A stretch of 64,000 bases of DNA from an uncultured virus (IMG/VR IMGVR_UViG_3300030330_004305) (taxonomy: Duplodnaviria; Heunggongvirae; Uroviricota; Caudoviricetes), in IMG/VR virus record IMGVR_UViG_3300030330_004305; one strand, given 5' to 3'. Below, in pieces: positions 8,605 through 17,563 of the stretch. The number at the start of each line of letters is the position of its first letter. The first letter of the stretch is position 1. The translations under genes and the position numbers were made by a program. Under the pieces are notes generated by a model, which made no database searches, had not been told where the DNA came from, and saw only the letters and a list, made by a program, of their open reading frames with translations.

Positions 8605-9490
8605 ATTAAGACCTTCTAATTTTGCTAATTTAATAGGTCAAGATAAATTAGTAAACTCACTTAATATCTCTGTGTTGTCTGCTAATAAAAGAAACGACTC
8701 ATTGAATCATTGTTTGTTTTCTGGCCCAGCAGGATTGGGAAAGACGACATTATCAAATGCACTAGCCAATGAGCTTGGTTCAGATATTCAAGTTGCCAAT
8801 GGTGCTAATCTTAGATCAATTAAAAATGTTATTCCATATCTAATGAGAGTAAATAATCGCTCTGTATTATTTATTGATGAAATACACAGGATGACAAAGT
8901 TAGTAGAAGAATTTTTATATCCTGTTATGGAAGATTTTAAAATAGATATGTCTGACGGAGAAGAGGTAATATCTGTCCAAATACCAAAGTTCACTCTGGT
9001 GGGTGCGACTACAGAGGCAGGTGTTTTATCTGCACCGCTTCGTGATAGATTCAAATTAAAATTTACTCTTGAATTATACGACGAGCTATCTTTGGCTACA
9101 CTGATTGAAAGTAATTCTAAAAAGTTAAAAATTGAAATGTCTGATGATGCTGTTTTTTCTCTTGCAAAAGCAAGCAGAGGAACTCCTAGAATTGCTAATG
9201 GGCTTTTGGAATGGGTACGCGACTACAGAATCGCAAAAGGTTTAAAAGTCATCACACAGAGCGATCTGGTAGCCTCACTATCTATGAGAGGCATACATAC
9301 GGATGGCTCAACCGAACAGGATCGTAAATATCTTAATTTCTTAAAAACTCAAAAAAATCCTGTTGGTCTTGATACAATAGTTTCTAGTATAAATGTAAAC
9401 AAAGATACAGTTCTTAATGTTATAGAACCTTTCCTGCTACAGTCAGGTAAAATTTTAAAAACTTCAAAAGGGAGAATGTCAAATGACTGA
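8597..9490 (+). CDS. ruvB: Holliday junction branch migration helicase RuvB
   Basis: LRPSNF..LIGQ, GPAGLGKTTL, FIDEIHR, FTLVGATT, LSAPLRDRF, SRGTPRIAN, IEPFLLQ. Confidence 0.95.
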   Translation: MNELRPSNFANLIGQDKLVNSLNISVLSANKRNDSLNHCLFSGPAGLGKTTLSNALANELGSDIQVANGANLRSIKNVIPYLMRVNNRSVLFIDEIHRMTKLVEEFLYPVMEDFKIDMSDGEEVISVQIPKFTLVGATTEAGVLSAPLRDRFKLKFTLELYDELSLATLIESNSKKLKIEMSDDAVFSLAKASRGTPRIANGLLEWVRDYRIAKGLKVITQSDLVASLSMRGIHTDGSTEQDRKYLNFLKTQKNPVGLDTIVSSINVNKDTVLNVIEPFLLQSGKILKTSKGRMSND

Positions 9491-9611
9491 GATTTTAGTT
9501 GAATTAAAAGATTACTATGTTATTGGTGAGGTAGTTACTCTTGACAACGATAATTATGAAGTGATAGAAATTGATTATGTAAATCAACTGGCAGTTCTAG
9601 AAAAACTTTAA
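9483..9611 (+). CDS. small hypothetical protein (not in ORF track)
   Basis: MTEILVELKDYYVIGEVV...EKL*; GGGAG RBS. Confidence 0.5.
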   Translation: MTEILVELKDYYVIGEVVTLDNDNYEVIEIDYVNQLAVLEKL

Positions 9612-9628
9612 AAAAACTGAACTACCCG

Positions 9629-9657
9629 TTGACAAATGACGACAAGTATGTTATACT
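9629..9657 (+). promoter_or_regulatory. early promoter for uvsE
   Basis: TTGACA-AATGACGACAAGTATGT-TATACT. Confidence 0.75.
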
Positions 9658-9691
9658 AGGATAGTCAATTCAAACCAAATAAGGATTTTGC

Positions 9692-10645
9692 ATGTACAAT
9701 CTATGCTGTATCAGTAACGAACTCAAAGAGCAAGGCTACAAGTTTCAGACTATGACTTGGAAGCGTTTTAATCAACTGTGTGACGAGCATGGTGCAGAGT
9801 ACGCACTAGACCAGCTAGGACAGCGTTGGCTCAACAATGTAGAGGTAACTCGTTTGTGTATAGAACACTGCTCAGACAACGGTTGGGGTTATCGTGTATC
9901 GTCTGCATTGTTTCCATGTCTTACGCACCCAGAGTTTGAGTATCGTATCGAGAATGTACCTCAGTACGATCAGATTATGGAGGAGTTTCGTGACATCGTA
10001 TACTACAATGAGACTTGGAATGTGCGTCTATCTACCCATCCAGACCAGTTCAATGTCCTTGCATCAGAGAACCAGTCAGCAGTAGACAAGACCATCCGAG
10101 AACTCAACCATCACGGTTGGGTCATGGATATGTTAGGGTGCGAGCGTAGCTATTACAATCCGATCAACATTCATGTCAACTGCACCAAGGGCGAGCTATC
10201 AGATATTGCTGATCGCTTTATGTCCAACCTTGCCAAGTGCGATGAGTCAGTTACAAGTCGTCTTGTTATCGAGAACGAGGATAAAGGTTGCTGGAACGTA
10301 GACAACTTGCTTACACACTTCCGTCTGCCTATTACCTTTGACAACCTGCACGACAAGTGCAACCCGTCAGATACAGACTCAGACGCTTGTATGTACCAAT
10401 GTGCTGCTACTTGGAATGTCAGACCCCTGTTTCATTACAGCGAGAGTCACCCAGACAAGACTAACCAGCGTTCCCATGCAGACATGCCTACAGACTGTCC
10501 TGCTAGTGACGCATACGATTGGGACATCGAACTCAAGTCTAAAGATGCAGCGATTCGTGCTTGTGCTGAATTAGCTATTGCTAGTAAATTACAAATGCCA
10601 GCAATCCGAAAACAAGACGGGTCTTGGGAAATTATGGAGGTTTGA
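9692..10645 (+). CDS. uvsE: UV-damage endonuclease
   Basis: YRVSSALFP, RLSTHPDQFNVLAS, RLVIENED, TFDNLHD, HYSES, HAD, DIELKSKD. Confidence 0.92.
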   Translation: MYNLCCISNELKEQGYKFQTMTWKRFNQLCDEHGAEYALDQLGQRWLNNVEVTRLCIEHCSDNGWGYRVSSALFPCLTHPEFEYRIENVPQYDQIMEEFRDIVYYNETWNVRLSTHPDQFNVLASENQSAVDKTIRELNHHGWVMDMLGCERSYYNPINIHVNCTKGELSDIADRFMSNLAKCDESVTSRLVIENEDKGCWNVDNLLTHFRLPITFDNLHDKCNPSDTDSDACMYQCAATWNVRPLFHYSESHPDKTNQRSHADMPTDCPASDAYDWDIELKSKDAAIRACAELAIASKLQMPAIRKQDGSWEIMEV

Positions 10646-10648
10646 CAA

Positions 10649-10768
10649 ATGAGCAACGGAAAAGGTGATCGTCAGCGACCAGTTGACAAAGAAGTTTACG
10701 ATAAGAACTACCAACAAATTAAATGGGACAAAGATGAATCCGTATCAACCTCCAAAAAATCAAAATAA
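10649..10768 (+). CDS. 39-aa GKGDxxRP-type small phage peptide (not in ORF track)
   Basis: MSNGKGDRQRPVDKEVYDKNYQQIKWDK...; GGAGG RBS. Confidence 0.7.
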   Translation: MSNGKGDRQRPVDKEVYDKNYQQIKWDKDESVSTSKKSK

Positions 10769-10883
10769 TGAGAATCCTAGCTGGAAAACTTTAGTTTTGG
10801 GGTTGTTAGTAATGGTTGCTATGGTTCATGTTTTACTTATATACCTTTTTGTTGTGGGATCAGTAGTCAGATGGTTAAATTAA
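10734..10883 (+). CDS. small membrane protein with NPYQPP motif
   Basis: MNPYQPP followed by a long hydrophobic segment. Confidence 0.6.
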   Translation: MNPYQPPKNQNNENPSWKTLVLGLLVMVAMVHVLLIYLFVVGSVVRWLN

Positions 10884-11455
10884 TTTTACTTTTATTGCTT
10901 TTTAGGATTGACAATAGTTCAACTGTGGTCGATACTTTTGATAGGATTGAGGTTAATCATCACTACAACGAGTGGGGTGCAGAAATTTGGACTCAACTTA
11001 TATGTTGGGACTGGAATCCAAGAAAAGGTGTTTTTCGCGTAGAACACTATATAATGATGAAAGATGCCTACAAAGAAACCGAAGAAGGTAAAAAGAAATG
11101 GGATAAAAAGGTAAGAGATATTGCAGATAAAATCAAAGATTGGATGACAAGGGTTGACTTTCTAAGTAGTTGCCGCTATCGTGGAGACTTTGTTGGTGGC
11201 AAATACTACCCATTTAAGAATTTTAGAACAAGATACTGGGAGGTAAAGTTCTTTGACCAAGGTTTTCGTAGAATTATAAAAGCAAAGATATTCACAGAAA
11301 CTCATACCCAATACGATCCAGAGGTAGCAGACAGGGAGTTTTTTCACAGTAAACTCAGGAGAGGTCTTACAAAACTACCGATAGATAAGTCTGCTGTTAT
11401 AAATAATCCAGAATGGCAAGACTTTGTAGAAAGATTAGTTCCACAATTTAATTAG
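10871..11455 (+). CDS. secreted hypothetical protein
   Basis: Short signal peptide; DRIEVNHHY...TQLICWDW; ETHTQYDPEVADR. Confidence 0.65.
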   Translation: MVKLILLLLLFRIDNSSTVVDTFDRIEVNHHYNEWGAEIWTQLICWDWNPRKGVFRVEHYIMMKDAYKETEEGKKKWDKKVRDIADKIKDWMTRVDFLSSCRYRGDFVGGKYYPFKNFRTRYWEVKFFDQGFRRIIKAKIFTETHTQYDPEVADREFFHSKLRRGLTKLPIDKSAVINNPEWQDFVERLVPQFN

Positions 11456-11463
11456 GAAAACAA

Positions 11464-11931
11464 ATGAAAAATCAAATGATTGGATGGAGTATTATTATTT
11501 TATGTATTGTTGGTGGTTGCAGATACGGTCAATACCGCTCTGATTCACAAACAAAAGAACAACTGCAAAAAGTAATTAACTGGAATACAAAACAGATTCA
11601 CAGTCTGGGTGTTGCGGCAGCCACAGACAAACACAATGGAGAGTTGTTAATCCAGATACTTAATAAGATAGAGGGCAACCCAGTCAAGCCTGTACCTAAA
11701 TTTATACCGTTGGGAGACATAGTAAGCTCAGACCCAACCATTGAAGATGATGATGTGCCTATTACATTTGAGCAAGTATTTAAAGATCAGCGTGAAGTAG
11801 ATCAGTCGATCAGGGCTTTTGCTAGTAACAACCTTTTCCAAGCAGAGTCATTGCATAATATTTTAGAAAAAATAAAATCTGATCAACTTGATACTCTGCT
11901 CTATTCTATAAAGGAAAATAATTATGAGTAA
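11464..11931 (+). CDS. putative lipoprotein / membrane-anchored protein
   Basis: N-terminal hydrophobic stretch ending VGGC. Confidence 0.55.
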   Translation: MKNQMIGWSIIILCIVGGCRYGQYRSDSQTKEQLQKVINWNTKQIHSLGVAAATDKHNGELLIQILNKIEGNPVKPVPKFIPLGDIVSSDPTIEDDDVPITFEQVFKDQREVDQSIRAFASNNLFQAESLHNILEKIKSDQLDTLLYSIKENNYE

Positions 11932-11952
11932 TGGTAAAGGCGAAGTATAATT

Positions 11953-12327
11953 GTGATAGTCAAAGTGCTAAAGAAGCACCTGAAAATGGGGCATCCTTCT
12001 TTAAATAAATGCCCACTCAGTTTGGCTTTTCAAGAGAAATTTGGATTCACTTCTAAATATGATACAAGATTGGTTCAAGTAAGTAGAAAATGTCTAACTT
12101 TACTGAACTATAATGGATCGTATGTTTATACAGTTAAACTTCCGCCTATAGCAGAGCAATTTAATGATGCCTATTGGAAACATTATGAAGACGCTAGTAA
12201 ATTTTCAAAATTACCAAAACCTTGTGAATTTGAAATAGGAGTAGTTGATGGACATGATGTGTTGCACAAAGTTATATTTGACATAAAAAACTGGCATGGA
12301 GATATGGAATATGAGTACCCAAGTTAA
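11953..12327 (+). CDS. hypothetical protein
   Basis: ORF track; CPLSLA motif. Confidence 0.55.
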   Translation: MIVKVLKKHLKMGHPSLNKCPLSLAFQEKFGFTSKYDTRLVQVSRKCLTLLNYNGSYVYTVKLPPIAEQFNDAYWKHYEDASKFSKLPKPCEFEIGVVDGHDVLHKVIFDIKNWHGDMEYEYPS

Positions 12328-12754
12328 ATTGAAGCGTGGTCAAAAGTTATGTACCGAGTGTGGTTCTGTAAATGCAGCACGACAAAGAGTGTGCAAACAA
12401 TGTGGTCATCAGTTTATTTCTAAGAATACACCCATAGCTGGTGAAGTAAAGGATTGGAAGTCGTTGCAAAAGGGAACTTTAATTAAGGTAATCCAAGGAA
12501 CTGGGCCTTATTTTATAAGCAAAAAAGACTCTGACGAAGCTCTTGCTGGTGAAAAAATTTGCATGGGTAATACTGGTGTATATAAGGTAGTAGGAGTTGA
12601 TGATAAGGGGATAATGGCCTATGGAGCATCTCCAAAAAATGCAGGCTTTACTTATCTTTACATGGGAAATGCTAGACTATCGCAGACTACCGGAACTTAC
12701 CTAGAACCATATAGAATAAAATTTGTAAAAAAATCAAAAAGGAAGAATAAATGA
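12311..12754 (+). CDS. Zn-ribbon protein
   Basis: RGQKLCTECGSVNAARQRVCKQCGHQF; GGAG RBS before ATG 12311. Confidence 0.7.
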   Translation: MSTQVKLKRGQKLCTECGSVNAARQRVCKQCGHQFISKNTPIAGEVKDWKSLQKGTLIKVIQGTGPYFISKKDSDEALAGEKICMGNTGVYKVVGVDDKGIMAYGASPKNAGFTYLYMGNARLSQTTGTYLEPYRIKFVKKSKRKNK

Positions 12755-13278
12755 GCGATTTAACAGTAACGGCAACCATATCAAATGATATATCATACAC
12801 GATAGTAAAACTTGGCTCAAATACACAAAGCGAGTCTGCATCTTTAGCTTATAGTCAGGCATTGACCTCACCAACTGGCACTTATTCTGCTTCAGGGCTT
12901 CAAATAAACTATGGTGTTTTACAAAGCGGTAGCGTTCCTGCTTCTGGAAAAGTGTCTTTTGATTTAAAAGCATTTGAAAAAGAATCGTTTGGTGCTTCTG
13001 CAAACATTTCCTTTACTAAAATTAAATCAATACTTGTGGAAAATAGAAATACAAGTTATGGAGAAGATTTAATTATTGGTGCTACGGGAACAAAAGCATT
13101 TACAGAGCCTTGGAACAATTCAGGCGGTGGCTCAATCAAGCCTTATGCGGTTTGGAGTTACTCTGATCCAATATCCGGTGCTGTTGTAGACGCTACAAAT
13201 AAAGAGTTTGTTATACAAAATAATAACACAGGAACCCCAATTCTGTACACTACAATAGCAGTTGGGGTAACGGGATAA
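12751..13278 (+). CDS. probable virion structural protein (S/T/G-rich, beta-strand-like)
   Basis: Composition; FTKIKSILVEN; heads the glycosyltransferase cluster. Confidence 0.5.
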   Translation: MSDLTVTATISNDISYTIVKLGSNTQSESASLAYSQALTSPTGTYSASGLQINYGVLQSGSVPASGKVSFDLKAFEKESFGASANISFTKIKSILVENRNTSYGEDLIIGATGTKAFTEPWNNSGGGSIKPYAVWSYSDPISGAVVDATNKEFVIQNNNTGTPILYTTIAVGVTG

Positions 13279-13280
13279 AT

Positions 13281-14120
13281 ATGAAGGTTTTATGGATTGC
13301 AGATTTTGGACTCCAGCATAATATAGGTGGGGCACAAAGGACAGACTCATTTGTAATACAAGAAGGCATTAACAGAGGTCATGAGATAGTTTTTCTAAAC
13401 TATGACACTCCAAGCGATGTCTTGAATGATACATATGATTTAGTAGTTACTGGAAACTTAGAAATAATTAGTCAGAGAAGACCTGATGTTTTTCAGTATT
13501 TATTAAATCATCCTAATCATGTAAGGTTTGAGCATGACTCAAATTCTTATTTGTCTCAAGATGCAAGAAAAGCATTATTTAATTCTACAAAAAAAACTAT
13601 CTTTCTGTCTGAATTTCATCATCAAACATTCGTACAGCTATATGGAAACATATTCAAAAATGTCGAGATAGTCAGACCTTTTATTGATTCAAAAGTATTT
13701 TATGATTTCCAACAGGAAAGAGAAGAAAAAACTTTATATGTTGGGTTTTTTCATTTCCTGAAAGGTACTGTAAAATTTTTGGACTTTGTTATCAACAATC
13801 CAGATAAGAAGTTCATAGTCGCCGGATGGGGCAACAAAGGGTTTGAAAACCATATAAAGTATTTGCACAATGTCGAGTACATAGGCAAAGTAGATCATGG
13901 TGAAATGCCAAAATTATTCAATAAATACAAAACCATGTATTATCATCCAGAAAAATTTGAGCCATTCTGTAGATCAGTAGGAGAAGCAATAATGTGTGGG
14001 ATGCAATTAGACGTAAGTGATAATATTGGTGCTTTTCATGATCTTCAAAAGTATGGCATAGAAGAATTAAGACAGATGTGTTCTGATTCTCCTAAGATTT
14101 GGTGGGACAAAGTTGAATAA
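13281..14120 (+). CDS. GT-B (GT4-like) glycosyltransferase
   Basis: IGGAQRT N-terminal motif; EPFCRSVGEAIMCG (E-X7-E). Confidence 0.85.
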   Translation: MKVLWIADFGLQHNIGGAQRTDSFVIQEGINRGHEIVFLNYDTPSDVLNDTYDLVVTGNLEIISQRRPDVFQYLLNHPNHVRFEHDSNSYLSQDARKALFNSTKKTIFLSEFHHQTFVQLYGNIFKNVEIVRPFIDSKVFYDFQQEREEKTLYVGFFHFLKGTVKFLDFVINNPDKKFIVAGWGNKGFENHIKYLHNVEYIGKVDHGEMPKLFNKYKTMYYHPEKFEPFCRSVGEAIMCGMQLDVSDNIGAFHDLQKYGIEELRQMCSDSPKIWWDKVE

Positions 14121-14169
14121 TACCGAGTATAATTTTATATGACGTGTTGTTTTATACCACTAAAAGGAT

Positions 14170-15045
14170 GTGAATATGAATGTTGGAGTTATTGGAAGAG
14201 GCTTTGTAGGCGGCTCAATAGAAAAGTTTTTGAAAACAAGAAGTAAATATTCTGTAAAATCTTATGATTTAAAAGATGATACAGATATGAATAATGCCTA
14301 CAGCAACATTGTAAACCGCAGCGATCTTATCTATGTCTGCGTTCCAACACCGATGGACTATCAAGGAAATTGTTATACTGATATAGTCAGAGGTTGTGTG
14401 CAACTCCTGAATTTCTATGCAGATGCACATAAAAAAAGACCTGTCGTTTTGTTAAAATCAACGATGGTTCCAAAGACCACAGAATCTTTTAAAAAAGAAT
14501 TTAAAAATCTAATCTTTGTAACTAATCCAGAATTTCTAACAGAAAGAACCGCATATGATGATTTGTGCAATAGTAAGTTTCATGTTATAGGTATTGATGA
14601 TTCTGAAACTGAGGCTAAAAAACTACTGCTTGATTATCATAACTCGATGTGGCCTGATTCTAAATCTATCTTTGTAACTAATACTCAGGCAGAGATGATA
14701 AAGTATCTTACCAATACTTATTTTTCTGTAAAAGTTTCTTTTGCCAATCACATCTATCAGCTTTGTCAAGCTATGGGAATGGATTACAAAACATTCATTG
14801 ACGCAGCTATAGAGTCAGACCCTAGACTTGGAGAGCTACACTGGAATGTTCCCGGCCCCGATGGTCTTATGGGGTTTGGTGGAAAATGTTTTCCAAAAGA
14901 CTTTAATGGAATGATTAAACTATTTGATGAAAATAATGTTAATTGTGAAATTTTAAAGATGATTTGGAAGTATAATGTAGATGTTAGGGGAGAAAATGAC
15001 TGGCAAAAAATTGAAGGTGCGGTGTGTCAAGAACAGGATCAATAG
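14170..15045 (+). CDS. UDP-glucose/GDP-mannose dehydrogenase family (short form lacking C-terminal domain)
   Basis: GVIGRGFVG, VCVPTP, KSTM, NPEFL, AEMIKY..NTY, GFGGKCFPKD. Confidence 0.9.
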   Translation: MNMNVGVIGRGFVGGSIEKFLKTRSKYSVKSYDLKDDTDMNNAYSNIVNRSDLIYVCVPTPMDYQGNCYTDIVRGCVQLLNFYADAHKKRPVVLLKSTMVPKTTESFKKEFKNLIFVTNPEFLTERTAYDDLCNSKFHVIGIDDSETEAKKLLLDYHNSMWPDSKSIFVTNTQAEMIKYLTNTYFSVKVSFANHIYQLCQAMGMDYKTFIDAAIESDPRLGELHWNVPGPDGLMGFGGKCFPKDFNGMIKLFDENNVNCEILKMIWKYNVDVRGENDWQKIEGAVCQEQDQ

Positions 15046-16031
15046 TATTTGCAACTAAATCTGGACTAGGCATACTAGCTAAAAATTTATATGAATCAAA
15101 AATAATAGATAAAGTCTTTATAGCTGGTCATCCTAAATTTGAATCTCATCCAGAATGGTACGACAGAAAAGATGTAGTTCTTTCCGAGAAGGAGCTTATT
15201 GATTCTGTCGATACCCTTTTTATATTGGAGGCTCCACTACCAGACCCATTCGATTGGTCTATAGTTGAGTTAGCACAATCTATGGGCAAGCGTGTTGTTC
15301 TTATGCCAATGTATGAGTCAACACCACGATCTCATCTTGTGTTTATGGATAAGATTATATGTCCATCTCTTCTTGATCTTGAATATTATGAAGATTATGA
15401 CTCATGCTTTATTCCCGTTCCATCGCCAACAGATGTAGAATGGAAATTAAGAGAGCGTGCAAATGTATTTGTTCACAATGTTGGGCATGGTGGAATATAC
15501 TCAAGGAATGGCACTGCTGAAATAATCAAAGCTCTGCCGTTGATAAAATCTCAAGATATAAAAATTATCATAAGAGTACAACCTGATGCCAACCCAGATA
15601 TAGCACAACTACTAGATAGTATATCGGATCACAGGGTTTCTATAGAAAAAAGACACGTTCCTTTTAAAGAACTGTGGTCTACGGGTGATGTGTTTTTATT
15701 TCCAGAGAAGTTCAATGGACTTTCTCTGCCTCTGCAAGAAGCCCATGCTGCTGGTATGCTCGTTATGGCAGGAGATCGCTCTCCAGTTAATACTTGGCTA
15801 CCAAAAGAACCACTAATACCTGTGTCTGGTTATTTTAATACAGAGCTTCCTTGGATTGGAATAAAAGTAAGAAATGCAATCATGTCTCCAGAAGATATAG
15901 CAAAGACTATTGACCAATGGGCTGGTAAAGATATTTCAGAATATTCAAAAATCGGACAGTCATGGGCATCTCAGAACACTGGAGATTTACTAAGAGAAAA
16001 ATATTTGGAGCAATTATATGTCAGAAAATGA
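15024..16031 (+). CDS. GT-B glycosyltransferase
   Basis: DVFLFPEKFNGLSLPLQEAHAAG. Confidence 0.8.
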   Translation: MSRTGSIVFATKSGLGILAKNLYESKIIDKVFIAGHPKFESHPEWYDRKDVVLSEKELIDSVDTLFILEAPLPDPFDWSIVELAQSMGKRVVLMPMYESTPRSHLVFMDKIICPSLLDLEYYEDYDSCFIPVPSPTDVEWKLRERANVFVHNVGHGGIYSRNGTAEIIKALPLIKSQDIKIIIRVQPDANPDIAQLLDSISDHRVSIEKRHVPFKELWSTGDVFLFPEKFNGLSLPLQEAHAAGMLVMAGDRSPVNTWLPKEPLIPVSGYFNTELPWIGIKVRNAIMSPEDIAKTIDQWAGKDISEYSKIGQSWASQNTGDLLREKYLEQLYVRK

Positions 16032-16599
16032 ATTTTGGACAGATCCATCAGAGCAAGAATTTCTTATGAGCTATGTAAATTCAGAAACAGATCTTCTTGA
16101 ATATGGTTCGGGAAGTTCAACTCTTGTTTTACAAGATAAAGTAAAAAAACTTGTATCTGTAGAACACCATGAAGGTTGGTACAATGAACTTAAACCAAAA
16201 CTTAATTCAAATGTATTGTATATTTACGCACCACCAGATAATTTAGACTGGGAAAATCAATACTCTATAGTAAACAATGATAGTATTCGGAAAAATACAG
16301 CAGGCGATGATGGAACATTTGAAGATTTTAATACTTATGTAATGTCACCAAATGGTTGGGGTAAATTTGATATTGTTTTCGTAGACGGTAGAGCTAGAGC
16401 AGCGTGTGCTTGGTTCGCTACATCCCTTTTGAAAGATGAAAACAGTAGAATATTTATACATGATTTTGGTCCTGAGACAAAGCACCCACACCTACCATAT
16501 AGAACATACTATGACATTGTAAATAATTTCCTAGAAGAAGAAGATCATGTGAAAACAATGTATTGCTTTAAGGCAAAAAATGAAAATATATATAATTGA
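16018..16599 (+). CDS. class I SAM-dependent methyltransferase (polysaccharide O-methyltransferase-like)
   Basis: LLEYGSGSST, SVEHH, FDIVFVDGRAR, IFIHDF. Confidence 0.85.
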   Translation: MSENEFWTDPSEQEFLMSYVNSETDLLEYGSGSSTLVLQDKVKKLVSVEHHEGWYNELKPKLNSNVLYIYAPPDNLDWENQYSIVNNDSIRKNTAGDDGTFEDFNTYVMSPNGWGKFDIVFVDGRARAACAWFATSLLKDENSRIFIHDFGPETKHPHLPYRTYYDIVNNFLEEEDHVKTMYCFKAKNENIYN

Positions 16600-17563
16600 T
16601 GCTTTTTTTTATAAAAATAGCAACCCTAATGATAAACAATATTGCATACAAAATTCAGGATATCAATGGATTTCTGGTTTATTTGATAGTTTTGAAAAAT
16701 TTTTTGAGGTTACTTCTAACCCATCAGAAGCTGATATAATAATACAACTATGTCATGAAGAATATGCAAAACATATGTACTGTCCTGATCCGAATTGTTC
16801 TGGCGGCTGCGGTAATCCAAAAGTTCCAACTTTTTTCAAAATGGAATACTTTATGAAAGTTTATGGCTCAACAAAAAAGTATGCATTTTACATATGGGAT
16901 TTATATTCTTGGGCCTTTCGTAGCAATTCATTAGGACATGCAAATGGAGGCAGTTGGTTTTGGGAAAGATTAAAACAAGTTTGTAAAAATTGTGATTATG
17001 TATTTGTTCCTAACTATGGAACTAAGGTTAGTGTTGATCAATATTGTAACATAAAATCTAAAGTATTAAAACCATTCACAAGATTTTTTGAAGAGAAAAA
17101 TATCCAAGATAATAATTATGTTGCTATAGCACAACGTAGATACGTTTTAGATCATACTGAAAAATGGCTTGTGTCAGCACTTAAAGAGTTGAATATACCT
17201 TACATAGCTAGTTATGATCATGAAACATTTTTTAAAGATTCAAATAATTTTAAAAAACTTTTGACTGATTGCTCGTTTATTGTATCTGCAAAGTTTGAGG
17301 TATCGACTGGTGGAATCTCTTTGCTTGAAGCATACAATTGCGGAAAGCCTGTTTTAATTTCAGATTCAAAATTTAATGGTGCAAACGATATATTCGGAGA
17401 TAGGGCTTTTAAATTTAAATATTATTCATATGAACATCTTAAAGAATGTTTAAATTATTTATGGAAAACTCGCCCAAAACTTGATATGGAAGAGTGTAAA
17501 AACTTTTGTAAACAATTCACATCCGATGCTATGGTAAAAAGAATTTATGAGGTCGTAAAATGA
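16580..17563 (+). CDS. GT-B glycosyltransferase
   Basis: EVSTGGISLLEAYNCGKPVLISD; paralog of 19878..20744. Confidence 0.8.
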   Translation: MKIYIIDAFFYKNSNPNDKQYCIQNSGYQWISGLFDSFEKFFEVTSNPSEADIIIQLCHEEYAKHMYCPDPNCSGGCGNPKVPTFFKMEYFMKVYGSTKKYAFYIWDLYSWAFRSNSLGHANGGSWFWERLKQVCKNCDYVFVPNYGTKVSVDQYCNIKSKVLKPFTRFFEEKNIQDNNYVAIAQRRYVLDHTEKWLVSALKELNIPYIASYDHETFFKDSNNFKKLLTDCSFIVSAKFEVSTGGISLLEAYNCGKPVLISDSKFNGANDIFGDRAFKFKYYSYEHLKECLNYLWKTRPKLDMEECKNFCKQFTSDAMVKRIYEVVK

